Part shown: in pieces, positions 29,095-41,019 of the stretch
Numbering within the stretch: position 1 is the first letter of the stretch
Layout of the letters: every line of letters starts with the position of its first letter
Assembly (NCBI GenBank): GCA_964513645.1
Contig: CAZENF010000001.1
Coordinates: 71,303 to 135,302, forward strand
Direction: 5' to 3'
Length of the DNA stretch: 64,000 bases
DNA from: an uncultured Candidatus Saccharibacteria bacterium
Lineage (GTDB): Bacteria > Patescibacteriota > Minisyncoccia > 2-02-FULL-40-12 > GWA2-44-9
Position numbers and translations under genes: made by a program
Notes under the pieces: generated by a model
What the model saw: the letters and a program-made list of their open reading frames with translations, nothing else
Database searches by the model: none
What the model was told of the DNA's origin: nothing

Positions 29095-31560
29095 TCAGGA
29101 AAAAGAATATTTTTTATAAAACGCTCTTTTTATAAGCTCAACGCTAATTAAATATGCAACAACGATAGCAACTATCGCGAGAAGCGGTCCGGCTTTTAAG
29201 AAATGGAATTTAAAAATACTCCCGACAGGAGTCACACATAACAGCCAACCAATCACAACCGCGGACAAGGTGCTGATAAGAAGGACCTTGCTCGGCTTGC
29301 TTTGAATGAAAGGTATTTTTTTACTTCGAATTATATGAACCACGAGGGTTTGAGTGGCTAAAGACTCGAGGAACCAGCCGGTTTGGAAATTAGCATCCAT
29401 CAGATGAAAAACTGACAGCAGGATTATAAAAGTAATCAAATCAAAGAAAGAACTGGCTGGACCAAAAATTATCATGAATTTTTTAATGAAGCCGATGTCC
29501 CATTTCTTGGGTTTTTTAATATCTTCATCATCAACATAGTCGTAAGGAATAACAAACTGAGAGCTATCGTATAGTAAATTGTTTAGAAGTATCTGCACTG
29601 GAAGCATCGGCAGAAAAGGAATGAACAAAGAAGCTCCGGCCATTGAGAACATGTTGCCGAAGTTGGAACTTAGCGTCATCATCAGATATTTAAGCGTATT
29701 CGCAAAAGTCTTGCGGCCCTCGATTACACCATTGACCAGCTCGTGCAAACTCTTGTGTATCAGGATCAGATCGGCTGATTCCTTGGCCACGTCAACAGCA
29801 TTATTAACCGATATCCCGACATCCGCTGCCTTGAGGGAAGGAGCATCATTGATACCATCGCCCAAATAACCTACAACGTGTTTATCTTTCTTTAAGAGTT
29901 CAATTATTCTTACCTTTTGATCTGGCGAAACTCTTGAAAAGATCGTGGTATTTTCGGCTTTTATCCTAAGCTCATCATCGCTAAATTTATCTATTTCTTG
30001 GCCGGTAAGTATTCCTTTGATCTTGAGGCCGATCTCATTTGCGATCTTGGAACTTACCAGATGGTTATCGCCAGTAACGATCTTAATTTCTATTCCATAT
30101 TCCTCGAGTTTCCTTAATGTTTCGGCAACTGTTTTTTTAGGCGGATCAAGGAAAGAAATGAAACCTACAAAAGACATCCTCTCTTCTTCGTCTTTTTTAT
30201 ATATTTCTTTGTGGTCAGTAAGTTTTTTAACCGCCACGCCCAGAACCCTGAATCCATCCCGGCTTAGCCTTTCATATTCTTCATGGACTTCTTTCTTGGA
30301 AGACGCGTCGGCTTTTTTATCGCTTTTCCAAAAATCGGTACAAATATTCAATATTTCTTCAGGCGCACCCTTAGATATCAAGAACCGATGCCCATTGCCT
30401 TCGGCAACAATAGAATTCCTTTTTCTATTGTAATCAAAAGGTATTTCGTCGATCTTAGTATAATCGCGACGGTCTATTTCTTTAAATTTAATGACGGCGT
30501 CATTCAATGGGTTGGCAAAACCGCTCTGATATAAGCTGTTTATGTAGGCATAGAAAAAAACATCTTCTGATTCTTTACCAAAGCCATCGGAATATTTGAC
30601 AAGAACAATCTTATCTTCGGTCAATGTACCGGTTTTATCAGTACAAAGAATATCCATTCCTCCGAAACTTTGTATCGCCGAAAGTTTTTTAACTATCACG
30701 CCTTCTTTTGACATTATCATCGAGCCGCGTGAAAGGTTCAGGGCAATTATCATCGGCAGCAATTCAGGGGTCAATCCGACGGCCAAAGCGGCGGCGAAAA
30801 GAAAAGATTCAAGAATGCTGTGCCGGCCCAAGGTATTTACCAAAAAAACAAAAATAACCAAAGCAAAGGTAATTTTCATTATCAAATAGCTGAAATCCTT
30901 GATACCCCGATCAAAATCTGTGGGCTCTTCTTTTTTGACTATCATATCCGCTATTTTACCGAATTTAGTGTTCCGTCCGGTCGAGCTAATTATCATCAGA
31001 GCATTTCCAGTAACCACACTCGAACCCATATAAGAATCCGAACCGGGCTCCTTCTCAATTGGAAAAGATTCACCGGTCAAGACTGATTCATTAACAAAAA
31101 AATCTTTGGCTTGGATTATTTTACCGTCAGCAGGTAAAAGATCCCCTGGAGAGAGCGAGACTACATCTCCTGGAACTATCGTAGCTAAAGGCAATTCGTG
31201 AAGCCGATTATCCCTTACTACGGTTGCCGTTATCTTTACCCGTTCCTTGAGAGCCTCAGCCGCCTTTTGCGATTTATAAGTATTTATAAAATCCAAGGTC
31301 ACACTCATGATAACTATCGAGATAATTAACAAAGGATCCAGCCTGGCTCCGAAAGAACCCGAAATAAGCGCGGCAAAAATTAAAATAAAAATAAGCGGGT
31401 TCTTGAAAAGAAGCAGAAAATTAACAACGATAGAAAGCTGTTTCTTGTAAACTATCTCGTTCGGGCCGTATTTGCGTAAAAGCTTCTTTGCTTCGGTATG
31501 AGATAAACTCTTGTAGCCGTCCGGTATCGTTATAGCCTGGTTGTGATTAAGCTTAGCCAT
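29095..31560 (-). CDS. P-type cation-transporting ATPase, MgtA-like (type IIIB)
   Basis: DKTGTLT phosphorylation site, TGDNHLVSSKIANEIGL, GDGINDAPSLKAADVGISV. The N-terminus resembles MgtA. 821 aa. Confidence 0.8.
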   Translation of the reverse strand: MAKLNHNQAITIPDGYKSLSHTEAKKLLRKYGPNEIVYKKQLSIVVNFLLLFKNPLIFILIFAALISGSFGARLDPLLIISIVIMSVTLDFINTYKSQKAAEALKERVKITATVVRDNRLHELPLATIVPGDVVSLSPGDLLPADGKIIQAKDFFVNESVLTGESFPIEKEPGSDSYMGSSVVTGNALMIISSTGRNTKFGKIADMIVKKEEPTDFDRGIKDFSYLIMKITFALVIFVFLVNTLGRHSILESFLFAAALAVGLTPELLPMIIALNLSRGSMIMSKEGVIVKKLSAIQSFGGMDILCTDKTGTLTEDKIVLVKYSDGFGKESEDVFFYAYINSLYQSGFANPLNDAVIKFKEIDRRDYTKIDEIPFDYNRKRNSIVAEGNGHRFLISKGAPEEILNICTDFWKSDKKADASSKKEVHEEYERLSRDGFRVLGVAVKKLTDHKEIYKKDEEERMSFVGFISFLDPPKKTVAETLRKLEEYGIEIKIVTGDNHLVSSKIANEIGLKIKGILTGQEIDKFSDDELRIKAENTTIFSRVSPDQKVRIIELLKKDKHVVGYLGDGINDAPSLKAADVGISVNNAVDVAKESADLILIHKSLHELVNGVIEGRKTFANTLKYLMMTLSSNFGNMFSMAGASLFIPFLPMLPVQILLNNLLYDSSQFVIPYDYVDDEDIKKPKKWDIGFIKKFMIIFGPASSFFDLITFIILLSVFHLMDANFQTGWFLESLATQTLVVHIIRSKKIPFIQSKPSKVLLISTLSAVVIGWLLCVTPVGSIFKFHFLKAGPLLAIVAIVVAYLISVELIKRAFYKKYSFS

Positions 31561-31584
31561 AGTTTTCGTTTAAATTATATAACA

Positions 31585-32135
31585 AAAAACGAAAAAGACC
31601 GAACTATTCGAGTTCGGTCCGGACTTCCTTCCTTGTTCTTTCTTTTTCCTTATGCCGACGATATTTGCCGCCTTTAAGGGTTTTGTGAGGTCCGCCGGTT
31701 TGCATAAGAACCGGGAGCCTGACTTTCAGGTAGAGAGGTTTGTCTTTTTTAACCATATCTCCTGGATTATAACAAATCCCACCAAAATTTTCACGAATTG
31801 AAAACTTTGGTGGGAGGCCAAGGAAGAATTCACTTGGCTTGGGTAGTTTTTCCTGGAACATTCCTACCTCTGGCCTGTTTCGGCTTGTCGCCGTCCCGCA
31901 GCTGGGGGTTGCGGAATTTTTCGTCGGACACAGCAGGCTCCGACTAGATGAAACGGCGCTATCCCTTTTTGGGAGCAGGTTTACCGCCGCAGGGTGTAGA
32001 GATCATACGCTTTTGGAAAGCGCACTGTTGGCGGTCAATTTCCGCCTTCTCACGCCCTGACCAAGTGTACCCCTTTTTTCGGAGCAACATGGTTGCTTCA
32101 TCGGCCAAGTCCTTATTAGACTTTGCCATAAACAC
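31585..32135 (-). promoter_or_regulatory. long structured 5' leader, a candidate riboswitch or attenuator, ending in a terminator hairpin 30 nt upstream of the P-type ATPase start
   Basis: Minus-strand promoter-like TTTACT-17-TAATAT at 32141-32169. A GC-rich multi-helix region at 31870-32110. A 15-bp hairpin at 31771-31811. A terminator, gaccgaact-attcg-agttcggtc plus a U-run, at 31598-31620. Weak M-box-like strings (GUCAGGCUCC, GGCAUAAGG). It contains an 85-codon ORF (31604-31861) with RBS GAGGT that may be a leader peptide. Confidence 0.4.
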
Positions 32136-32206
32136 ATCATCATATTAACACATTTTTAACATAAAGTAAAGAACCGGTAAAAACCCGGTACTTTTATATT
32201 AGTACA

Positions 32207-32545
32207 TTAGAGACCGTTAACGTCGCTTTCCGAGAACTTAAATTCATTATTAACATCGCCTAAATTAACGCTGTTAATGGCATTATTGGTAACAGCATCC
32301 TGATGCGCATCCTGATCATTTTGTGTTTGTGGTGCTTGAACTACTGGTTCAGGTGCTTGTTGACCGATATACCACCAGGCACCGAAACCGGCAAAGGCGA
32401 TAAGAACCAATACTATCCAAAACCACAGATTTCTTTTTTTCATCGGTGTTGAAGGCATTAACGGGGCCGGCCCGTTTGGCTGGCTGCCCGAAGGGACACC
32501 CGCTTCTGGGTTTTGAGTTTGTGGAGTTATGTTTATATTGTCCAT
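32207..32545 (-). CDS. hypothetical small membrane protein
   Basis: 112 aa with one TM helix (LWFWIVLVLIAFAGFGAWWYI) and Pro/Gln-rich flanks. Confidence 0.35.
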   Translation of the reverse strand: MDNINITPQTQNPEAGVPSGSQPNGPAPLMPSTPMKKRNLWFWIVLVLIAFAGFGAWWYIGQQAPEPVVQAPQTQNDQDAHQDAVTNNAINSVNLGDVNNEFKFSESDVNGL

Positions 32546-32570
32546 ATTTTTTATTTTAAATAATTAATAA

Positions 32571-33299
32571 TTAAGGGGTTACGGCCGGCACCGGAGATTC
32601 AGACGGTTCCGGAGTCGGACCTGGCAGATCAGCATTATTTCCATGAACTCTTGCAAAAGCAACTGCCACAGCATGAACGGAATCTCTTGCAGCTTTAACC
32701 TTTTCACGGACAGTTTTAAGGTCGTTCTTTAACAACTCCATTGTTGTTTTGACACTGCTTCGAAGATTGGCGGCGGTTGTAACGTTTATGTTATATGTTT
32801 TGGCCGCCTGGGCGGTAACCGCATCTCTGGCGTCCATTATTGCCTGGTGGGCGGAACTAATAGCCGTCCTGATAGAAGAGACGTCAATGCCTTTTTCTTG
32901 GGCAGAATCCACTCTCGTCGTAATTCCATTCAAAACATCATCCATCTGGTCCAGGGCGGAAACGAAAAGATCGGTCATTTTTTGATTTATAGAATCGAAT
33001 CTCTGGTCCAGATCTTCAACAGTTTTTTGTTTTCTTTGGTCTTTAATTTTTAGAAGAGCGGTCTTTAGTGCGGCTCTTTTGGCGTCTATTTTTGTTTTAA
33101 GAGTATCTCTTTCAGACTGTATCTGTTTTTCAAAATTCATCCGCATCTGCTGAATATCATCTTTGGTCATTTCACGTAATTCCTTTATCGGCCTGATGGA
33201 AGGCAAAGGACTCGGGGTTGCTGATGTTTGTCCAAGCACTGGCAAAGCAAGGCTTAACCCGAGCAAAGAAATTGCCGAATATTTGAGATAGTTATTCAT
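32571..33299 (-). CDS. hypothetical secreted coiled-coil protein
   Basis: Signal peptide, then a long helical or coiled-coil region. 242 aa. Confidence 0.35.
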   Translation of the reverse strand: MNNYLKYSAISLLGLSLALPVLGQTSATPSPLPSIRPIKELREMTKDDIQQMRMNFEKQIQSERDTLKTKIDAKRAALKTALLKIKDQRKQKTVEDLDQRFDSINQKMTDLFVSALDQMDDVLNGITTRVDSAQEKGIDVSSIRTAISSAHQAIMDARDAVTAQAAKTYNINVTTAANLRSSVKTTMELLKNDLKTVREKVKAARDSVHAVAVAFARVHGNNADLPGPTPEPSESPVPAVTP

Positions 33300-33315
33300 A
33301 ATCCTTAATTATAAC

Positions 33316-34035
33316 TTACCACGGATTGCGGGAATATATAAAATTGTTGATAACTGAATAAGTTCCGACAACCGCCGCCGTTTCGGCGCGTAAAACGAGT
33401 TTCCCAAGATTTATTACTTTAAAGCCGCCATTTTTTGCCAACTCTATTTCGGAACCTGTCCAGCCGCCTTCAGGACCTATCCAGATGCCAAAATTGCTCT
33501 GTTCTCGGATTTTTGGATTATCATAATTTTCTCCTGACGGGTCAAAGAAAAAATTTATTTTTGATGCCAAAAGAACCGCTTTTCCAAAATCCATGGGCTC
33601 GTGAATTAATGGTACAATCCCCCGTCCTGATTGTTCTGCCGCCTCTCTGGCTATTTTTTGTAGACGATCGTGTCGGAGATTAAGTTTGACGGTCCGATCT
33701 GTAATTACAGGCGCAATTTCAGAGATACCAAGTTCGGTCGTTTTCTGGACGACCCATTCAACGTTTTCATTTTTCAAAACCGCACAATATAAAACAAACT
33801 TCCCTTTCGGTTCTTTATCATTCTTATAGACCTTCAGAATGTTGAAGCCGATGAATTCTTTATTTAATTCTGTGATTTCCGCCTCTGCTTCGTTCAAATT
33901 TCCGTCAGACAATATAACAATTTCACCGGTGCTTAAACGTAAAACTTTAACGATCTGTCCGATAAGTTCAGGTTCGGATACTTTAATCCCGCCGGGTCTA
34001 AGTTTAAAATTCCCTATAAAATGGTGTAATTTCAT
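33316..34035 (-). CDS. rsmE: 16S rRNA (uracil1498-N3)-methyltransferase RsmE-family
   Basis: N-terminal PUA-like domain and a SPOUT C-terminal domain (GIWIGPEGGWTGSEIELA). Confidence 0.7.
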   Translation of the reverse strand: MKLHHFIGNFKLRPGGIKVSEPELIGQIVKVLRLSTGEIVILSDGNLNEAEAEITELNKEFIGFNILKVYKNDKEPKGKFVLYCAVLKNENVEWVVQKTTELGISEIAPVITDRTVKLNLRHDRLQKIAREAAEQSGRGIVPLIHEPMDFGKAVLLASKINFFFDPSGENYDNPKIREQSNFGIWIGPEGGWTGSEIELAKNGGFKVINLGKLVLRAETAAVVGTYSVINNFIYSRNPW

Positions 34036-34183
34036 ATGATAAACAATATAACTCTTATGTGGATTAATTCCAATTGCTAAGATAGCGAGAAGTAGTATAT
34101 TTACATTATAATCAAATACGAAATACGAAATAAGAAATCATAAAAATTAGGGCTTCTATGTTCGGATTTCGAATTTCTTAAAA

Positions 34184-34540
34184 ATGCCAAAAAAAATGAA
34201 GACCGGATCGGCAATTGGTCTTGGTGCAGGAATTGCCGCCGCCGCGGTCGGTGCGGCGTTGGGAGCTTACCTTCTCACCGGAGACAGAGCGGCCAAAACT
34301 AAAAAAGTTTTGAAAAGCTGGGTCTTGAAAGCAAAAGGCGAGGTGCTTGAACAGCTCGAGAACCTTGAAGAAATAACCGAAGAGGGTTATGACAAGATCG
34401 TCGATGAAGTTGCCAGAAAATATTCCAAAATGGCCGGAGTATCAAAAGCAGAAGTTGAAGAAATGGCAGACGGACTCAAGAAAAATTGGAGAGCTGTCAG
34501 TAAGACCGTAACAAAAAAAGTTAAGAAGTTGGCAAAATAA
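34184..34540 (+). CDS. hypothetical YtxH-like small membrane-associated protein
   Basis: Gly/Ala-rich N-terminal helix and a Lys/Glu-rich helical C-terminus. Followed by the strong terminator aaaccccgc-atct-gcggggttttt at 34547-34570. Confidence 0.4.
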   Translation: MPKKMKTGSAIGLGAGIAAAAVGAALGAYLLTGDRAAKTKKVLKSWVLKAKGEVLEQLENLEEITEEGYDKIVDEVARKYSKMAGVSKAEVEEMADGLKKNWRAVSKTVTKKVKKLAK

Positions 34541-34648
34541 AAAAGAAACCCCGCATCTGCGGGGTTTTTAATTATCTTCAATCTGTCATCAGTCATATTT
34601 TCAGACATCTCATCCTACCGATTATATCTCGAAATTCAAAATTAGAAA

Positions 34649-37163
<2,515 letters not shown>

Positions 37164-37164
37164 A

Positions 37165-38688
37165 CTACACCCTTTTTAATTCAGCCAAGGAATTCTTTAA
37201 CTTCTTCTCCGTCTCGTCATCCAATAAATTAGTTTCTTTAATTCTTTTCAAAACGTCACCGTGAAGTTTCTCAATATTATCAAGTATTTTTGTTGAAACC
37301 TTGCTCACATTCTCAACTTTTACGTCATCAAGATATCCGTTCGTCGCCATATATATCTCGACGACCTGCTTTTCAAATGGTATCGGCTCGTTGTCGACTT
37401 GTTTTAAAATTTCGGTCAGACGCTGGCCGCGAGCAATCTGTTTTTTCGTATTTTCATCAAGATCTGAAGCAAATTGAACGAAGGCCTGAAGTTCCCGGAA
37501 TTGAGCCAGATCAAGACGCAATTTACCGGCAACCTTTTTCATCGCTTTGGTTTGGGCGGAAGAACCGACACGGGAAACAGATAATCCCGCATTTACTGCC
37601 GGACGCAGGCCTTTATAGAAAAGGTCGGATTCAAGATATATCTGACCGTCGGTGATAGAAATAACATTCGTCGGAATATAGGCCGAAACATCCCCCAACT
37701 GCGTCTCAATTATCGGCAAAGCGGTTAAGGAACCGCCTCCATTGTCTTTGTTCATCTTAGCTGCTCTTTCAAGTAATCGAGCATGGAGATAAAAAATATC
37801 GCCCGGATAAGCTTCACGCCCCGGCGGACGGCGCAAAAGCAATGACAATTGACGGTAAGAATCAGCATGTTTAGACAGGTCATCATACACCACAAGAGCA
37901 TCCTCGCCTTTATCCATAAAATATTCCCCTATCGCACAACCGGCGAACGGAGCCAGATACTGAAGAGAGGCGGGAGAAGAGGCCGGAGCAGAAACAATTA
38001 TTGAATATTTTAAAGCGCCTTTATCTTCAAGGGTTTTGATGAGTTTGGCTATTTTTGAATTTTTTTGGCCAATAGCAACGTACACGCAAACAACTTGGCG
38101 TCTTCCTGAATCGCGGCCCTGATTTATTATCGCATCCAAAACTATTGCCGTTTTTCCGGTTTGACGATCACCGATGATTAGTTCTCTCTGGCCTCGCCCG
38201 ATAGGTATCATAGAATCGATAGATTTGATGCCCGTATGTAAAGGTGTCGTCACTGGTTCCCTGGCAACAACCGAAGGAGCTTTGCGTTCAAGCGGATAAT
38301 CTTTAGCTTTTTTAGGATCTGAAAAAATCACTCCCTTGCCATCGAGCGGGTTGCCCAAAGGATCCACGACTCGTCCTAAGAGTTCCGGCCCAGCCTTAAT
38401 AGATACCACGTTTCCGGTTTGTTTTACTCGGTCGCCGACGTTGACTTTTTGGGCGTCGCCAAGAATAACAACGCCGATAAAACTTTCTTCGAGATTGAAC
38501 GCAATCCCCGCCACATCGCCTTTTGTGGTTTCTATATTTAAAAGTTCCTGGCTAAGGGCTCTCGAAAGACCCGAGATCTTCGCAATTCCATCCCCAACCT
38601 CGGTCACTATACCGACATGTTCAAATTCGGCCTTATTTTTGTAGCCGGAAATTTCTTTCTTAAGTTTTTCTATTATCTCATAAGACAT
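37165..38688 (-). CDS. atpA: F1 ATP synthase alpha subunit
   Basis: [19 protein letters not shown]-loop. The start is placed at the ATG for MSYEIIEKL at 38688. The track ORF extends to a TTG at 38739, inside the repeat element. Confidence 0.95.
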   Translation of the reverse strand: MSYEIIEKLKKEISGYKNKAEFEHVGIVTEVGDGIAKISGLSRALSQELLNIETTKGDVAGIAFNLEESFIGVVILGDAQKVNVGDRVKQTGNVVSIKAGPELLGRVVDPLGNPLDGKGVIFSDPKKAKDYPLERKAPSVVAREPVTTPLHTGIKSIDSMIPIGRGQRELIIGDRQTGKTAIVLDAIINQGRDSGRRQVVCVYVAIGQKNSKIAKLIKTLEDKGALKYSIIVSAPASSPASLQYLAPFAGCAIGEYFMDKGEDALVVYDDLSKHADSYRQLSLLLRRPPGREAYPGDIFYLHARLLERAAKMNKDNGGGSLTALPIIETQLGDVSAYIPTNVISITDGQIYLESDLFYKGLRPAVNAGLSVSRVGSSAQTKAMKKVAGKLRLDLAQFRELQAFVQFASDLDENTKKQIARGQRLTEILKQVDNEPIPFEKQVVEIYMATNGYLDDVKVENVSKVSTKILDNIEKLHGDVLKRIKETNLLDDETEKKLKNSLAELKRV

Positions 38689-38701
38689 GTTTGATTTAAG
38701 C

Positions 38702-38836
38702 AAATGGCTATATTCTTTCGCTACCGTTCGCTCGCCCAACGAGCTCGCTCACTGCCTTTCGTCGGTCGCTCTCTCGCTTCGCTCGAACCATGCCCGCTTC
38801 CCTCCTCGAAGCGCGCGAGAAGAACATAGCTATTTG
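38702..38836 (-). promoter_or_regulatory. GC-rich structured leader element, copy A of a two-copy family, immediately 5' of atpA
   Basis: Conserved core shared with 48281-48431: ttcgctaccgttcg ... cactgccttcgtcggtcgctc ... gaaccatgcccgcttccctcctcRaagcgcgcgagaag. It is flanked by copy-specific terminal inverted repeats of 13-15 nt that covary between the two copies. Confidence 0.5.
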
Positions 38837-38847
38837 CTTAACTAATT

Positions 38848-39225
38848 TTATTTAAATAATTTTTTAAGCTTATTGTTCAAAGAATTGTCCAACTCCTGAT
38901 CGCCATTGATCGTCACCCTGACTCCGGCGACCAAGGAAGGGTTTAGTTTAAATTCAACACGGTCTTTTTTTGAAAAATTTTTCTTAATATTATCTATCTG
39001 GGAAACGCTCGCTTCTCTCGCTAATTCAACGATTACCCAATTTCCGCCGTTCAAACTAACGGCCTTTCTTTGAATTTTATTTAATATCTCGTCTTTGTGG
39101 GAAATATCGCCGTTTTTTTTCAGTAATTTTATAAAATTAGGAACAATGGACGCTCTCTCGACAGCCGGAATTTCATCTAACACATCCAGAAAAGCATCAA
39201 CGTAATTGTTTATTAAATATTTCAT
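38848..39225 (-). CDS. atpH: F1 ATP synthase delta (OSCP) subunit, short form
   Basis: Position between atpF and atpA. 125 aa, helical with an OSCP-like C-terminus. Confidence 0.6.
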   Translation of the reverse strand: MKYLINNYVDAFLDVLDEIPAVERASIVPNFIKLLKKNGDISHKDEILNKIQRKAVSLNGGNWVIVELAREASVSQIDNIKKNFSKKDRVEFKLNPSLVAGVRVTINGDQELDNSLNNKLKKLFK

Positions 39226-39363
39226 TTTATTTGACTAATTCTATCCTATCTGTTAATATAATTTTGCAACGTTTGGAAGTCGACTTCTGGCCGTTGAAGT
39301 GGGTATTGAGTGGTTGGACCTTTTTTGTCCTTCCCAGTCCAAAAGGACCAATACCCGCCTTTT

Positions 39364-39861
39364 TTATACTTTCAATACCTTGACCGCCTGCTCAATTAAT
39401 TTATCATCTATCTGCTCCGGCTTCATTTCAACTGTCCTGATAATTGCATCACGTACTAATTTTTTAGCTTCTTCCGAAACACGGGCCATTTCTTCTTTTT
39501 CTTTTCTCTCTGCTATCAGCATCGCTTCCCGCAAAGCATCTTGGGCCTTTTTGTCAGCTTGATTGATTATTTCCTGTGCACGTACGGAAGCATTTTTTTC
39601 AGCGTAAGAAATTATCGAAACGGCCTGCGAGTCGGCATCCTGAATTTTTTCCCCGGCTCTTTTTTCGGCATCTAATATAACTTCTTTAGCCATTTCGCCG
39701 CCTTTAATGCCAAGCTCTATCTTCTTACGACGTTCCTCAACCATTTTCATTAAAGGTTTGTAAACGAATTGGGTAAGGACGATGAGTAATATGACAAAAT
39801 TCACCCCTTGAGCAATGAGGAGTTTTGAGTCAATTCCCAATTGGCTTGTCAGTTGTTCCAC
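39364..39861 (-). CDS. atpF: Fo ATP synthase subunit b
   Basis: Single N-terminal TM helix followed by a long charged helix. Confidence 0.8.
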   Translation of the reverse strand: MEQLTSQLGIDSKLLIAQGVNFVILLIVLTQFVYKPLMKMVEERRKKIELGIKGGEMAKEVILDAEKRAGEKIQDADSQAVSIISYAEKNASVRAQEIINQADKKAQDALREAMLIAERKEKEEMARVSEEAKKLVRDAIIRTVEMKPEQIDDKLIEQAVKVLKV

Positions 39862-39867
39862 TTCGTT

Positions 39868-40197
<330 letters not shown>

Positions 40198-40959
40198 TTA
40201 ATGTTCTTCGACCTCGTGCCGAACTGACATTCCTAAGAATACCAGCGTCAGCATCGAAAAAATAAATGCCTGTATAAAACCGACGAAAACTTCCAGGAAC
40301 AAGAACGGCAACGGCAGAAAATACGGCCCGAGAAAACCAATTATGATCAGTAGCACTTCGCCCGCAAACACATTACCGAACAACCTGAAGGAGAATGATA
40401 TAATTTTAACAAATTCAGAGATTAGCTCAAGCAAGCCGACAAAGGTATAAACAGGATTTTTAAAATTAAAGAATTTCCCGACGTGCTGCTTGAACCCGAT
40501 TGCCATTCCTCCAAGGAAATTGACCGAAAAAACCGAAATTATCGCCAAAGCGAGGGTAAAATTAAGATCGCTCGATGGTGCCCGGAAAAGTGGCATCAGA
40601 ACGGTCCTCGTACCTTCACTGCCAGTTATCGTATGGCGAATGCCAAAAGAACCACTACCCGGAAGAAGTCCGAACCAGTTAGACACCAGAACAAACAAAA
40701 ATATTGTTGCGACGAGAGGAAAATATTTTTCGGACTCCCGGCGAGAACCCAGAACATTGTCCATCAGCTTGAATATTTCCTCCATCAAAAGTTCAAAAAT
40801 ACTCTGAATCTTGCCCGGTACGGATTTGATATTTTCTTTGAGCCAGAAGGCCAGCAGAACAAAAAAACCTACCAATATCAATGACAATAGGTAGGAATTA
40901 GTGAAATTAAAACCACCCAAGTGGAATAATGTCTCCGCTTTGATGGAAATTTCCTGCAT
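40198..40959 (-). CDS. atpB: Fo ATP synthase subunit a
   Basis: Polytopic. Conserved Arg-containing helix (FSFSFRLFGNVFAGEVLL). Confidence 0.85.
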   Translation of the reverse strand: MQEISIKAETLFHLGGFNFTNSYLLSLILVGFFVLLAFWLKENIKSVPGKIQSIFELLMEEIFKLMDNVLGSRRESEKYFPLVATIFLFVLVSNWFGLLPGSGSFGIRHTITGSEGTRTVLMPLFRAPSSDLNFTLALAIISVFSVNFLGGMAIGFKQHVGKFFNFKNPVYTFVGLLELISEFVKIISFSFRLFGNVFAGEVLLIIIGFLGPYFLPLPFLFLEVFVGFIQAFIFSMLTLVFLGMSVRHEVEEH

Positions 40960-41019
40960 CTATTCTATTTTACCAAGCCACTGCCACAAATCAAATAGTT
41001 TAAATCCCCTTCCGGAGGT

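Noticed and set aside
31839-32148. Plus-strand ORFs 31839-32060 and 31948-32148
   Set aside because: They lie in the GC-rich structured leader of the minus-strand ATPase and have no RBS. Stops are scarce there because of the GC richness.
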